Positions 18,052-26,486 of a stretch of DNA of 64,000 nucleotides are shown here, one piece after another. The notes beneath the pieces were generated by a model. That model had not been told where the DNA came from. It ran no database searches and saw only the letters and a program-made list of their open reading frames with translations. Each line of letters opens with the position of its first letter. Position 1 is the stretch's first letter. Origin of the DNA: a virus. The DNA lies in the IMG/VR virus record IMGVR_UViG_3300048997_000130, positions 96,001-160,000 of that record; one strand, written 5' to 3'. The translations under genes were made by a program, and so were the position numbers.

Positions 18052-18366
18052 TCACTCCGGAAGAGTGCCAGTCTTGTCGAAGTGTCGAATGTTGGCCATG
18101 GCAACGCGCATTCCAACTTCGTCTTCTATCAACATGCATAGAGCCGCACGTGCCTGCATGGCCTGTCCGACTTTATCCCGATTGGGACCGGTCGGAGCCT
18201 TCCGGAAACAAGCTCGTGCATATTTCTCGGACCGAGAAACGCTTGCAAGAAGCTCTCGGAGCTTCTTGCGTCTTCCGAGTTTCTGTTTGAGCAAAAAGAT
18301 GTCTACCAACAATTGATTGTCGTCCATCACAATCTCCTCATGTCTATATGAATGAGGCTCCCACAT
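18052..18366 (-). CDS. hypothetical protein
   Basis: likely start MDDNQ. Confidence 0.65.
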   Translation of the reverse strand: MWEPHSYRHEEIVMDDNQLLVDIFLLKQKLGRRKKLRELLASVSRSEKYARACFRKAPTGPNRDKVGQAMQARAALCMLIEDEVGMRVAMANIRHFDKTGTLPE

Positions 18367-18392
18367 TTCCGGAGGAGCCTCATTAGAACTTT

Positions 18393-18563
18393 TTATTCTT
18401 CGTCGGACGTCACGAGTTCGAGGATTGAATTCTCGGCGTCGTCATCTTCCCAAGTCTTGCCGTAGGCCTTCTTGGCCTCGTCGAGCAGTGCCCGGATTTT
18501 TTGCGCCGTGTCGTGTTTGACAGTTTCTTGGTTCTTGCGAACTTCGATTTGAGAAATCGTCAT
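18393..18563 (-). CDS. small acidic hypothetical protein
   Basis: start MTISQ after GGAAG. Confidence 0.6.
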   Translation of the reverse strand: MTISQIEVRKNQETVKHDTAQKIRALLDEAKKAYGKTWEDDDAENSILELVTSDEE

Positions 18564-18571
18564 GCTTCCTT

Positions 18572-19066
18572 CTATGTTGCCAAATATCCAATTTCCGGTT
18601 CTTCCCCAGTCCGAACAACCAGACCTTGCGCACACAGAAAATGGAGGGCGATATTCACCGTCCATGCGGCGTCGTCCGAGTCGTCATCGACGTCCGCATA
18701 TATCTGGTCCGATCCCCAAGCTCCGCTTTCCCGGAGCTTGTCACCAATTTCAGTTACTCGAGCCAGGTCAATCCGGGTTACGCGAGCAATCTCTGCATCT
18801 ACGGGTCCGAACAGGAACGCGGCAATCACTACTCTCAAAAGTTCAAGTTCGGCCTCAGACCGGTTTGGGTACTCGGGCAATTGTAATGCTAGAATCTGCT
18901 CATAGCCCATTTCGGGCGTGAGCCCGATGCAAAGCAAACATTCTTTTTTCCCCAGACCGAAACACCTGAAATGAAGCCATCTCCCGCATTCTTTACACTT
19001 CCGCCTTTGCTCGTGGTACTCCACGGCTTTATTGCAAAGTGGACATTCATGGCGGAAATAAGGCAT
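18572..19066 (-). CDS. C4HC3 (PHD/prokaryotic RING-like) Zn finger fused to HTH-like domain
   Basis: CPLC-x11-CKEC-x4-HFRC-x6-CLLC; then DAEIARVTRIDLARVTEIGDKLRESG. Confidence 0.6.
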   Translation of the reverse strand: MPYFRHECPLCNKAVEYHEQRRKCKECGRWLHFRCFGLGKKECLLCIGLTPEMGYEQILALQLPEYPNRSEAELELLRVVIAAFLFGPVDAEIARVTRIDLARVTEIGDKLRESGAWGSDQIYADVDDDSDDAAWTVNIALHFLCAQGLVVRTGEEPEIGYLAT

Positions 19067-19145
19067 TCGCAGAACTCAAGCATTGGAGATCTTCCAATCT
19101 CCATGGAATTTATTATTTTTTCCTAATTCAAATTTACAAGTAAGA

Positions 19146-19205
19146 GTGAAGGGGACTGCAGGTTAGCGGGTTGGGGAGGTTGGCGGACCCTGCAGTCCCC
19201 TTCAC
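19146..19205. repeat. 17-bp perfect inverted repeat
   Basis: GTGAAGGGGACTGCAGG...CCTGCAGTCCCCTTCAC with G-rich loop. Confidence 0.8.
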
Positions 19206-19259
19206 AAAGTCTTTAGTTCAAATCCACTCGATGCCGAGCATATACATTAAGGCCCGTTA

Positions 19260-19475
19260 TTACTCCCAATATTGTCCGCCAGAACCGCCACGAACTCGGT
19301 GCATTCCGATGGACTCGTAAGCTTCTCGGCGAGCCGCTGCAGCACGACGTGCTTTCTTGTTACGGGCCAGTCGCCGCGCTTCGCCCTCAGCAGTACGAAG
19401 TTCAGCCTCGTACTTCGAGTCTTCTGCTTGTTCCAGAGTTTCACGCAAACGTTTGATTTTTTCGAAATTGTTCAT
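19260..19475 (-). CDS. hypothetical protein
   Basis: GTAAAT motif upstream at 19506..19511. Confidence 0.75.
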   Translation of the reverse strand: MNNFEKIKRLRETLEQAEDSKYEAELRTAEGEARRLARNKKARRAAAARREAYESIGMHRVRGGSGGQYWE

Positions 19476-19544
19476 CTCATGTTCGACTATTCAGACTGGA
19501 GTCTGATTTACGAGGAAGCGTAAGTTCGGACTTCGTGTTTTTAG

Positions 19545-19860
19545 GAAGGATTGAAGCAGACGGCACCTCGGGGAAATCCCGGAGATCCGGATGAAATAGG
19601 GACGCTTTGGGGAGAACTGTTTTTCGTCGGCCCAACTTTAACACACTTTCGTCCGAAGCCGCTCTACTCCGTATCAGGTTCCCATCTTAGTGACGGCCTC
19701 TGATCCGCTTGGTGATCTTTCTATAAAGATATGTCTGGAATTTACGAAGTCCCGTAAATCGACGATATTCAGGTGTAGTAGGAGATGAAGCGGCGACACC
19801 GTTTGCACCAGGCAAACATAGGATCGGCGGAATAGGGACGCTTGGCGGAAAAGTATTTCT
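19545..19860. repeat. two diverged ~75-nt repeat units
   Basis: AATAGGGACGCTT at 19595 and 19831, preceded by TGAAGC..CACC and a small hairpin. Confidence 0.55.
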
Positions 19861-20080
19861 AAATTTTAGTGAGCTTCCAAGTCCAAAATATCTGATATTG
19901 GTATGTGGATATGGTACATACAGCTGTATTTATTAGTTGATATTCATATGATGATTCGTCATCATTCAGTTCATTGCAGTTTGGAGATTCTGGTTGTGGA
20001 ATGAAGTCGATCGTATTTATTGGTTTAATTTGACCGATCGCTGACGTGGTTACGTATTCGGCTGTTGATTTAACTATCAT
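19859..20080 (-). CDS. hypothetical protein
   Basis: ATGA overlap with upstream ORF. Confidence 0.5.
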   Translation of the reverse strand: MIVKSTAEYVTTSAIGQIKPINTIDFIPQPESPNCNELNDDESSYEYQLINTAVCTISTYQYQIFWTWKLTKI

Positions 20081-20292
20081 GGATAAGGGTCTTTTTCAGA
20101 TTGTTTCCTGATATGATTTATTAGAGTTACGTGTTGGAGGCAAGAGACTGCTTTCCCAATGATGTCTCGAAGATGGCCTTCAAAAGGCAAATCAATCGAA
20201 ACTGGCTGCGTTCGACAGGCGGTTTCAACCATTCCCTTCAATATTTGAAGTTGTCTTTCCAGTTTTGCTGTTTCCAACTTTAAGTTATCCAA
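20077..20292 (-). CDS. hypothetical protein
   Basis: 71 aa ORF. Confidence 0.55.
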   Translation of the reverse strand: MDNLKLETAKLERQLQILKGMVETACRTQPVSIDLPFEGHLRDIIGKAVSCLQHVTLINHIRKQSEKDPYP

Positions 20293-20332
20293 AGTTCACT
20301 TATCTTTCTCTCGGAACTCACTTCGGAGATTT

Positions 20333-20623
20333 TTAGAAGGTGGGCTGAATTGAATCTCTCGGAATTTCCGGTTCGAGTTGTTCAGTGCAGTTAAGCAGTG
20401 CGTGTTTCATGATCTGATATCGAACGTTAGGGTCTCGAATAACGCTCCAAATCGGAGGATCATTGGACACTCTCAACTGGACAAGCAGCGTGTCGGCTCC
20501 GATTTGGACGATACGGTATTCATCCAAGTCTTTATCCAAGCCTGTCCAAATCGTTTTAGTTTTTTTGATTTCGCTCATGTGACATATGTGTATTATGGCA
20601 TATAGGCAAGTGACCCCTGCCAT
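20333..20623 (-). CDS. hypothetical protein
   Basis: likely start MSEIK. Confidence 0.6.
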   Translation of the reverse strand: MAGVTCLYAIIHICHMSEIKKTKTIWTGLDKDLDEYRIVQIGADTLLVQLRVSNDPPIWSVIRDPNVRYQIMKHALLNCTEQLEPEIPRDSIQPTF

Positions 20624-20648
20624 ATATTTCGGAAATATATATTAGAAA

Positions 20649-20924
20649 TCAGGCTTTACAACTTACAGGCGGAGGTTCGGAATCTTCTTCAAATTCTTTA
20701 GTGGCTCGAACGTGTGTGATTTCTTCCTCTCGCAAGACTTTATCCGTAAGTTCGTCGAATGTGATCCTGCCTGCCACGTACGCTTCAATATATTTGCGAG
20801 GACCGGAGGCAGCAACAAGACCTGCGCCAATGCGCTGCCCGTCCAGTTCGGTGTGGATGATGAGTTGAGCATCAGTCCGTTTGTTAGGATTTATCCTAAT
20901 TTCGTGATAGCTTTCGAGTTTCAT
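20649..20924 (-). CDS. hypothetical protein
   Basis: GTAAAT motif upstream near 20955. Confidence 0.7.
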   Translation of the reverse strand: MKLESYHEIRINPNKRTDAQLIIHTELDGQRIGAGLVAASGPRKYIEAYVAGRITFDELTDKVLREEEITHVRATKEFEEDSEPPPVSCKA

Positions 20925-20983
20925 TTCGGTCAGTCCTACTGCTAACCCCCTCAGATTTACGAATATACTTTACGAGCAAATAT

Positions 20984-21247
20984 CTAAGACCAAAGAGCTC
21001 TCGCCATTTCTACGAGCTCTTCCGGAGAATGCAAACGAATGTCCATATGTAAGCTTCTGGACGAAGCTGCTGAATCACCCACCCAAACGGCTTGCTGGTG
21101 GAACCATAAACGGATGGATTTATCTGGACTTGTAGCGTGCGGCACCTTCATGGCCTTCATGGTTTGCATGTTGAACGACTTGACGTCCCAACCAAATTGT
21201 CCAAGATGCGCTAGAATCTCTTCACGAGCTTTCTTGAAAGTCTTCAT
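20984..21247 (-). CDS. hypothetical protein
   Basis: start MKTFK after GGAGGTT. Confidence 0.75.
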   Translation of the reverse strand: MKTFKKAREEILAHLGQFGWDVKSFNMQTMKAMKVPHATSPDKSIRLWFHQQAVWVGDSAASSRSLHMDIRLHSPEELVEMARALWS

Positions 21248-21303
21248 TTTTCCCAAACCTCCAGCCTTTGCTATTGAGATCGGAGCTTGATTTCCGTTGG
21301 AAT

Positions 21304-22002
21304 TCAAGCCGTTCGGACGAGACGAAGCCTGTCGCCGTCGAGAACCGAAACTTCGAATGAACGCTTCTTTTGTTCGAACGTGGCAGTCACATGCTTATGG
21401 TCGAGTTTGTGGTCGTCCACATGTACGACTTTTTCAACACCCTTGAGCAGCCCTTTGGTCTCTTCCTTCACCAGTTCAACCAGTTTCTGACGAACAGCAT
21501 CCTGCTCCATTGCCAGTTCTTGGTCACGAGTCTGCATGAGTTCGTAGAGCTCTCCTTCGAGCTTTTGTTGAAGACGCACGCCGAATTCGGCCACACGATT
21601 GTAGAATTTGAGAACGCCAATCGCTTCGACACATCCCATATTCCCGAAAGATGCCCAATTGATATTCACGGTAGGATTCTGGAATTTCCGATATATGTTG
21701 CCAGACACGGAATCGCGCAGAATTACCTGATCCCCAGGCTCCCATTGGAAATCGATGTTCAATGTCACATCGATACGGTTACTGAATTTGAACCTGAAGT
21801 ATCCATCCAAGAGACTTGAACCGGCTTCTTTATTGAGGAAGTTTTCCACACGAGCCTGGCCATGTTTATCCAACGTAATCGGCGATCCGCCGACCGCAGA
21901 ATCATTCACAAACTCCAGAATCATTCTTCCGGCGATGCGAAGCGCATCTTCCATATTGGATTTGCTGTCCAGACCGTCCGCCAATTCGTAATGCTTTGTC
22001 AT
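21304..22002 (-). CDS. hypothetical protein
   Basis: 232 aa after cassette 22010. Confidence 0.8.
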   Translation of the reverse strand: MTKHYELADGLDSKSNMEDALRIAGRMILEFVNDSAVGGSPITLDKHGQARVENFLNKEAGSSLLDGYFRFKFSNRIDVTLNIDFQWEPGDQVILRDSVSGNIYRKFQNPTVNINWASFGNMGCVEAIGVLKFYNRVAEFGVRLQQKLEGELYELMQTRDQELAMEQDAVRQKLVELVKEETKGLLKGVEKVVHVDDHKLDHKHVTATFEQKKRSFEVSVLDGDRLRLVRTA

Positions 22003-22052
22003 GTGAACCGAACCTCCACTCCTGAATACTTAGACAGATATGTGATTTACAA

Positions 22053-22619
22053 CTAGATGATTTGGCCGGTATTCAAATCGATAATAACCAAGAATCCATC
22101 GTTGCGAGTCTTCTGATGATCGTGGTAAGTCGCAACGATGGATTCGGCTTCAGTCAAGGTCTGGACGACCTTATGGACTTTCACCTTATCGCTCTGAATT
22201 GCCAGAATGGAGAAGTTCGGACGATCCGACGATTGGAAGCTGGATTCAAAATTGAGTTCGAGTTCTTTGGCCAGCAGCTCGCCTTCCTGCAGAGCTGATT
22301 TCGGCGGCTTGGATGAATCTTCCAATCCAAGATTCTTGAGAGGAATGCCGGATTCGTCTTCCATATAACAAGAGCCCTTTTCGGAAAGCTTGTTATATTT
22401 GGGTGGAGCAAAAAATGGATACTGCTCTGCGAAAGCTCGCCCAGCTTCGGTCGGAAGAGCAATCCCATGTCCATACGATCCTGCTACGAAATCCACAAAG
22501 CCTTTCTCTTGGAGCGCTAACATGGGCTTAAAAGTTCCGATACACCGCGATCCTTTAGGATTGTGGAGAACTTGCTTGAGAAATTCGGCTTGCGCCTTGG
22601 AGAGTTTCGGTTTTGCCAT
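22053..22619 (-). CDS. hypothetical protein, wHTH-like N-terminus
   Basis: LSKAQAEFL...LQEKGFV...TEAGR. Confidence 0.65.
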   Translation of the reverse strand: MAKPKLSKAQAEFLKQVLHNPKGSRCIGTFKPMLALQEKGFVDFVAGSYGHGIALPTEAGRAFAEQYPFFAPPKYNKLSEKGSCYMEDESGIPLKNLGLEDSSKPPKSALQEGELLAKELELNFESSFQSSDRPNFSILAIQSDKVKVHKVVQTLTEAESIVATYHDHQKTRNDGFLVIIDLNTGQII

Positions 22620-22659
22620 GTTTTGGACTACTGGGAAAGGAATGTAGATTTACGTTCGG

Positions 22660-22953
22660 TCAATGACCGAAATTGAATCCATATTTATAAGTATGGAACA
22701 GCGGAGACGGGCCGAATTCAATCTCATACGATCCGCAGCAACCACTAAGTTCTTGCTCCACGAAAAATAGTTCAGAAAGCTCATCGCCAATCAAGCAAAG
22801 TCGGAAATTATCTGTGAATTCAAACGCATCCGGGTCTGTCCGAGCCCAGAACATTTCGATTTGATATTTCAGCCAATTGGCTTCTTCTTGACCAAAGATC
22901 CTGGCCAAATTATCCAAGCTGGATTCATTTTTGGCGGCGATTGCAGTTTCCAT
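22660..22953 (-). CDS. hypothetical protein
   Basis: GCCG motif, ends GFNFGH. Confidence 0.7.
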   Translation of the reverse strand: METAIAAKNESSLDNLARIFGQEEANWLKYQIEMFWARTDPDAFEFTDNFRLCLIGDELSELFFVEQELSGCCGSYEIEFGPSPLFHTYKYGFNFGH

Positions 22954-22963
22954 GTTCTTTATT

Positions 22964-23299
22964 TTAATACTGAAAAAACAGGAGAGTTTCCGGATTTTTA
23001 GTGTCCAGCGTGGTTTGGATTTCGGAATCTTCCCAGATTTTGCGATTGAATACGTAAATCAACCGGTGAGGCTTAAACCCTTTCACCAGCAAATTCCCGT
23101 AGGCATAGAATCGAACTTCCTGCTTCGATTCTTGGAGATAATGGCCGTTAGGCGCTCTGAACTTCTCGTTCATTTTCCGTCTCGAGTTCTTCGTCAAGCT
23201 CGGCCAGCAAATCGCGCTGGTCATTGCGCTGACCGCCACGTGGCGCACGCCGGTCGCGATGGACCGAATTGGTTTGACCGTAACGCTTGCGCATCGCAA
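22964..23299 (-). CDS. hypothetical protein
   Basis: start uncertain (possibly MNEKF). Confidence 0.5.
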   Translation of the reverse strand: MRCASVTVKPIRSIATGVRHVAVSAMTSAICWPSLTKNSRRKMNEKFRAPNGHYLQESKQEVRFYAYGNLLVKGFKPHRLIYVFNRKIWEDSEIQTTLDTKNPETLLFFQY

Positions 23300-23371
23300 C
23301 TGCCGTGGGACTGGTTAATCGGTTCATTGGAATCGAGCCTCCACACAGTGTTATGTCTGGAATGTTAGAAT

Positions 23372-23929
23372 TTACACTTCATTTGGCGCCAGTTCTTCGC
23401 CTTCAATTTTAATGTGTTCAGTGGGCTTAATAACCACTTGTTCATCTCCGAATATGACCACGTCGTATCCGGTTTCAATAACAAACCTATCTACCGCATG
23501 AATCCATTGCACGGGATTCTCAGCCATTATAGCCCGGAATTCAACGGTCCGGGCTTCGTCATTTTTAGTGTTGGTTTGGGCATCAAATTCCGCAACGGTG
23601 TCGAAAAGTCCTGACGGAGCTTGCGCCGGATCGGTGGACGCCACTAGGATTCGAGCTCCCGGCAAAATTCGAATCCTGCTAATTACCGGTCCATACCAGC
23701 GCCGGACATAATCCGGATCGAACGCCACATAGAATCCCCAGCCATACCAACCATCGAATATACTGTCGTCAATGTTCGACACAAGAGCTTTCCCAGCATG
23801 ATAGAGCATGGGGACTGCTGAAGCATCAATTTCGTACTTTTCGGTCGGCACCTGGGTGGGCTTCAAAGCAGCTATCCGATAATCCATAGGACCGGCAGCC
23901 AGTTTGAAAGCAATGCTAGGCAGATTCAT
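23372..23929 (-). CDS. ADP-ribosyltransferase-like protein (H-Y-E clade)
   Basis: LYHAG...GWGFYVAFD..YVRRWY...DEQVVI motif order. Confidence 0.55.
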   Translation of the reverse strand: MNLPSIAFKLAAGPMDYRIAALKPTQVPTEKYEIDASAVPMLYHAGKALVSNIDDSIFDGWYGWGFYVAFDPDYVRRWYGPVISRIRILPGARILVASTDPAQAPSGLFDTVAEFDAQTNTKNDEARTVEFRAIMAENPVQWIHAVDRFVIETGYDVVIFGDEQVVIKPTEHIKIEGEELAPNEV

Positions 23930-23952
23930 ACGAATCCCAAAAACATAAAGGA

Positions 23953-24261
23953 CTAAGCAACGTCCTCGATGTGTCCGGCGTCTTGAAGACCGGTGGAATG
24001 AGCTTCCTGGAACATGTCGAATATCGACCCGTCATCAATCTCGAGCAAGAACTCGAGCTTCTGGATAAGTCCGCCCGTGCCGTACACGAAGTCCGCATCG
24101 CTCGAGAATTCTTGGTCCGGCCAGTAGCCTTGGATACCAAAACTGTAACCGGATTCGCACACGTCCATGATTTCGCACGCCGTCTCGTTGTTGCACGAGA
24201 ACTTGGTCTTGATACTGTCCACCGTCACGTCATTTTTACCACAATAAACTGGATTTGCCAT
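23953..24261 (-). CDS. hypothetical protein
   Basis: start MANPV after GGAGG. Confidence 0.7.
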   Translation of the reverse strand: MANPVYCGKNDVTVDSIKTKFSCNNETACEIMDVCESGYSFGIQGYWPDQEFSSDADFVYGTGGLIQKLEFLLEIDDGSIFDMFQEAHSTGLQDAGHIEDVA

Positions 24262-24360
24262 TTTTAAATCTTGCCTCCACATCTAATTATTTTAAAAGAT
24301 ATTGGATTTCCGGAATTTTCAAGTTTTTGATTAATGGAATTTTACGAAGGAGTTACCCCG

Positions 24361-24789
24361 ATGCATAAATTCGTAAATGGACTTTTGTTATTGATATTTG
24401 CGTTGTTTGTTACTATATCCGCTTGCAGTGGTGATGGTTGCGGAACCGTGACCTGTATGAGTCCTGGAACTGGATCATACACTATTGCAGAAGTTGTAGT
24501 TTCTGGCAGCCCATCGAGCTGCCAGCAGCTAATTACTAATTCTACGTCAGTCTGGGCGTCTTATACTTGGACACAAGTTTCGCAGGCTCCGACTTGCGAA
24601 TATGATACGACATTCACCATTACTTCCCCTATCACCGGGAATCATTCCACTTCAACATTGAAGATGTATATGGGGATGAGCCAGGTAGATGTACCTGGTT
24701 ACGGAACTAAGACTTGCAGTCAAGCGCAGCCCGGTGCGCCTGTGGTCGTTAATGGTTGTAGTTATAACGTATATGTTTGTCAGAACTGA
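24361..24789 (+). CDS. Cys-rich lipoprotein
   Basis: signal peptide II MHKFVNGLLLLIFALFVTISA-C; 7 further Cys; Thr/Ser-rich. Confidence 0.7.
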   Translation: MHKFVNGLLLLIFALFVTISACSGDGCGTVTCMSPGTGSYTIAEVVVSGSPSSCQQLITNSTSVWASYTWTQVSQAPTCEYDTTFTITSPITGNHSTSTLKMYMGMSQVDVPGYGTKTCSQAQPGAPVVVNGCSYNVYVCQN

Positions 24790-25038
24790 TTATTGAAGTT
24801 GACTGTGGGGATCCGATCCGGGCCGCTGAATAATGCACGACAAGAATTGATTTCCACGAATGAATTCGACATGGATGTCGCCAAATTCCGTGTAACTATC
24901 AATATAATCTTGGACAGTCCGGATCGGACTCCCGTTACTTGATATGATTTTATCACCCACAAGGAGTCCAGCTTTTTCAGCTGGACTATCCGGCTGGATG
25001 TGCCAAATCCGGAATCCGTCGATTTGAGTGTCAGTCAT
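24790..25038 (-). CDS. stand-alone PDZ domain protein
   Basis: GFRIWHIQPDSPAEKAGLLVGDKIISSNGSPI...VEFIRG; start ATG 25038 just after the upstream stop. Confidence 0.85.
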   Translation of the reverse strand: MTDTQIDGFRIWHIQPDSPAEKAGLLVGDKIISSNGSPIRTVQDYIDSYTEFGDIHVEFIRGNQFLSCIIQRPGSDPHSQLQ

Positions 25039-25039
25039 C

Positions 25040-25255
25040 TTATTTGATTGTAAAAGATTCCGGGTCTGATCTACTGGCCCGAATATTATCGTTCCTGTTG
25101 CAACCCGGACAAGGCTTTCGAGTCCAAAGTTGGAAAGCCCCGTCCACCATGACGGCTTTGGAATGCGATCGAAATGACTTTCCACAATGACATTCAATAC
25201 TGGATTCCGGAAATCCATCCAGGACTAACCAATTAATTTCCGTAGGGGATTCCAT
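25040..25255 (-). CDS. small Zn-ribbon protein
   Basis: CHCG...CPGC. Confidence 0.65.
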   Translation of the reverse strand: MESPTEINWLVLDGFPESSIECHCGKSFRSHSKAVMVDGAFQLWTRKPCPGCNRNDNIRASRSDPESFTIK

Positions 25256-25306
25256 GTGAGCTTATGTGGTGGAGTGTACGTGTTGCACGTGCAACACGTT
25301 GCGTTA

Positions 25307-25597
25307 TCAGATAGATTCCCGAACATTCTTCATGAAACGCAAAACGGCTGCCTGGATCCCGCCTCCCGTAAGATCTGCGAACCCAAGAATCCCACGAAGC
25401 CGGCCTAGTTGAGGGGAGATGGAATCTCTGGATAGATTACGATTTCTCATCTCTTCATGCACAACCATTACCATTTCCTGGCAGATTTTCTGTTGTCGAT
25501 TGACACGCATGGTTGGAGGTTTCTTAACTCCATATAGTTCTTCGAGCGTCGCCAAGTCCCATTCAGTGGCTTTGCAGTATTCTTGAAAAATGTCCAT
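25307..25597 (-). CDS. hypothetical protein
   Basis: after cassette 25605. Confidence 0.75.
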   Translation of the reverse strand: MDIFQEYCKATEWDLATLEELYGVKKPPTMRVNRQQKICQEMVMVVHEEMRNRNLSRDSISPQLGRLRGILGFADLTGGGIQAAVLRFMKNVRESI

Positions 25598-25653
25598 GGA
25601 AATTCAACCTCAACCGGAACTAAGCCATGAATGATTGTATTTACGGAGCTGGA

Positions 25654-25914
25654 TTATCCACCATCCACAAATTTATACTCATATTTCGGGACTTCGACGA
25701 GCTCGTAATCTTTACGATCGAAACCAAGCTTAGAAAGCCATTCTTCGGCCTTTCCAGATTGAGTTTCCACGCTGAAAGCGGCCGGATATTTTCCGGGGTC
25801 TTTAGCCTCCATATCCGGGAATGGTGATGGACAATCTTCGACGACAAAATCGATTTTGTCGGTTCCACCACGACGCAGGACTTGAATTTTATGTATTTGG
25901 AGTTGTAGCAACAT
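25654..25914 (-). CDS. hypothetical protein
   Basis: start MLLQL. Confidence 0.6.
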   Translation of the reverse strand: MLLQLQIHKIQVLRRGGTDKIDFVVEDCPSPFPDMEAKDPGKYPAAFSVETQSGKAEEWLSKLGFDRKDYELVEVPKYEYKFVDGG

Positions 25915-25915
25915 T

Positions 25916-26233
25916 TTAATCCAATCGGACTGATAGATACCAAAAAGCAAAAAAACTCAGGACGGCTTTATAGGTTACTGCCCCGAATGAGCCAAGGAGC
26001 GTAATGATTATCGCAGCGTGGTTGGTGAACCCCACCATTTGACCAAGTGCCATATATATGAGAATTGCCATGCCGGCTGCGATGAAAAATTTCATTTTAA
26101 CTTGGCTCCAGCTCCAAATACGGAAACGGGACTTGGATTTGCGAACTGGCCTCGACTTTGGAGGTTTGGCCAAAGCCTGCGCAAGTCGGTCTCGTGATTC
26201 CTTATTGGCTTGACCGGACAAGTTTCCATCCAA
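25916..26233 (-). CDS. membrane protein (2 TM)
   Basis: basic N-terminus plus two hydrophobic helices. Confidence 0.65.
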   Translation of the reverse strand: MDGNLSGQANKESRDRLAQALAKPPKSRPVRKSKSRFRIWSWSQVKMKFFIAAGMAILIYMALGQMVGFTNHAAIIITLLGSFGAVTYKAVLSFFAFWYLSVRLD

Positions 26234-26486
26234 CCGTTGCCATTTTTCGTATGGGCAACGCTGCGAATTTGGTTTGATTCTCGGCGTTCAGAACGTCATG
26301 CACCTGCACAAGCATGCTGGCCGTGGTGGCGTCAACAAACAGACCATCCACGCGATTGGCTTGATGGCCGGCCACAATTTCTCGGAGTTTCTCAATGCGA
26401 GTCTTCTTGACGGACTTAGGAATGCTTTTTACGGCTCTCGCCAAATCGTCCCTGTGTAGTTGCTCTTCAGGATTCCGGAGTCTCAT
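26202..26486 (-). CDS. hypothetical protein
   Basis: VDGLFVDATTASMLVQVHDVLN..Q.KF. Confidence 0.65.
   Translation of the reverse strand: MRLRNPEEQLHRDDLARAVKSIPKSVKKTRIEKLREIVAGHQANRVDGLFVDATTASMLVQVHDVLNAENQTKFAALPIRKMATVGWKLVRSSQ

Noticed and set aside
19164-19187. G-quadruplex in the loop of the 17-bp inverted repeat
   Set aside because: Only two runs of three or more G; weak and untestable by eye.
19630-19690. Hammerhead ribozyme (CTGATA...GAAA on the minus strand)
   Set aside because: The core lacks CUGANGA and the flanking stems do not form.
24790-25218. 142-aa PDZ ORF as given in the ORF track
   Set aside because: The N-terminal 60 codons overlap a convincing Zn-ribbon gene (25040..25255); ATG 25038 gives a clean PDZ-only protein.
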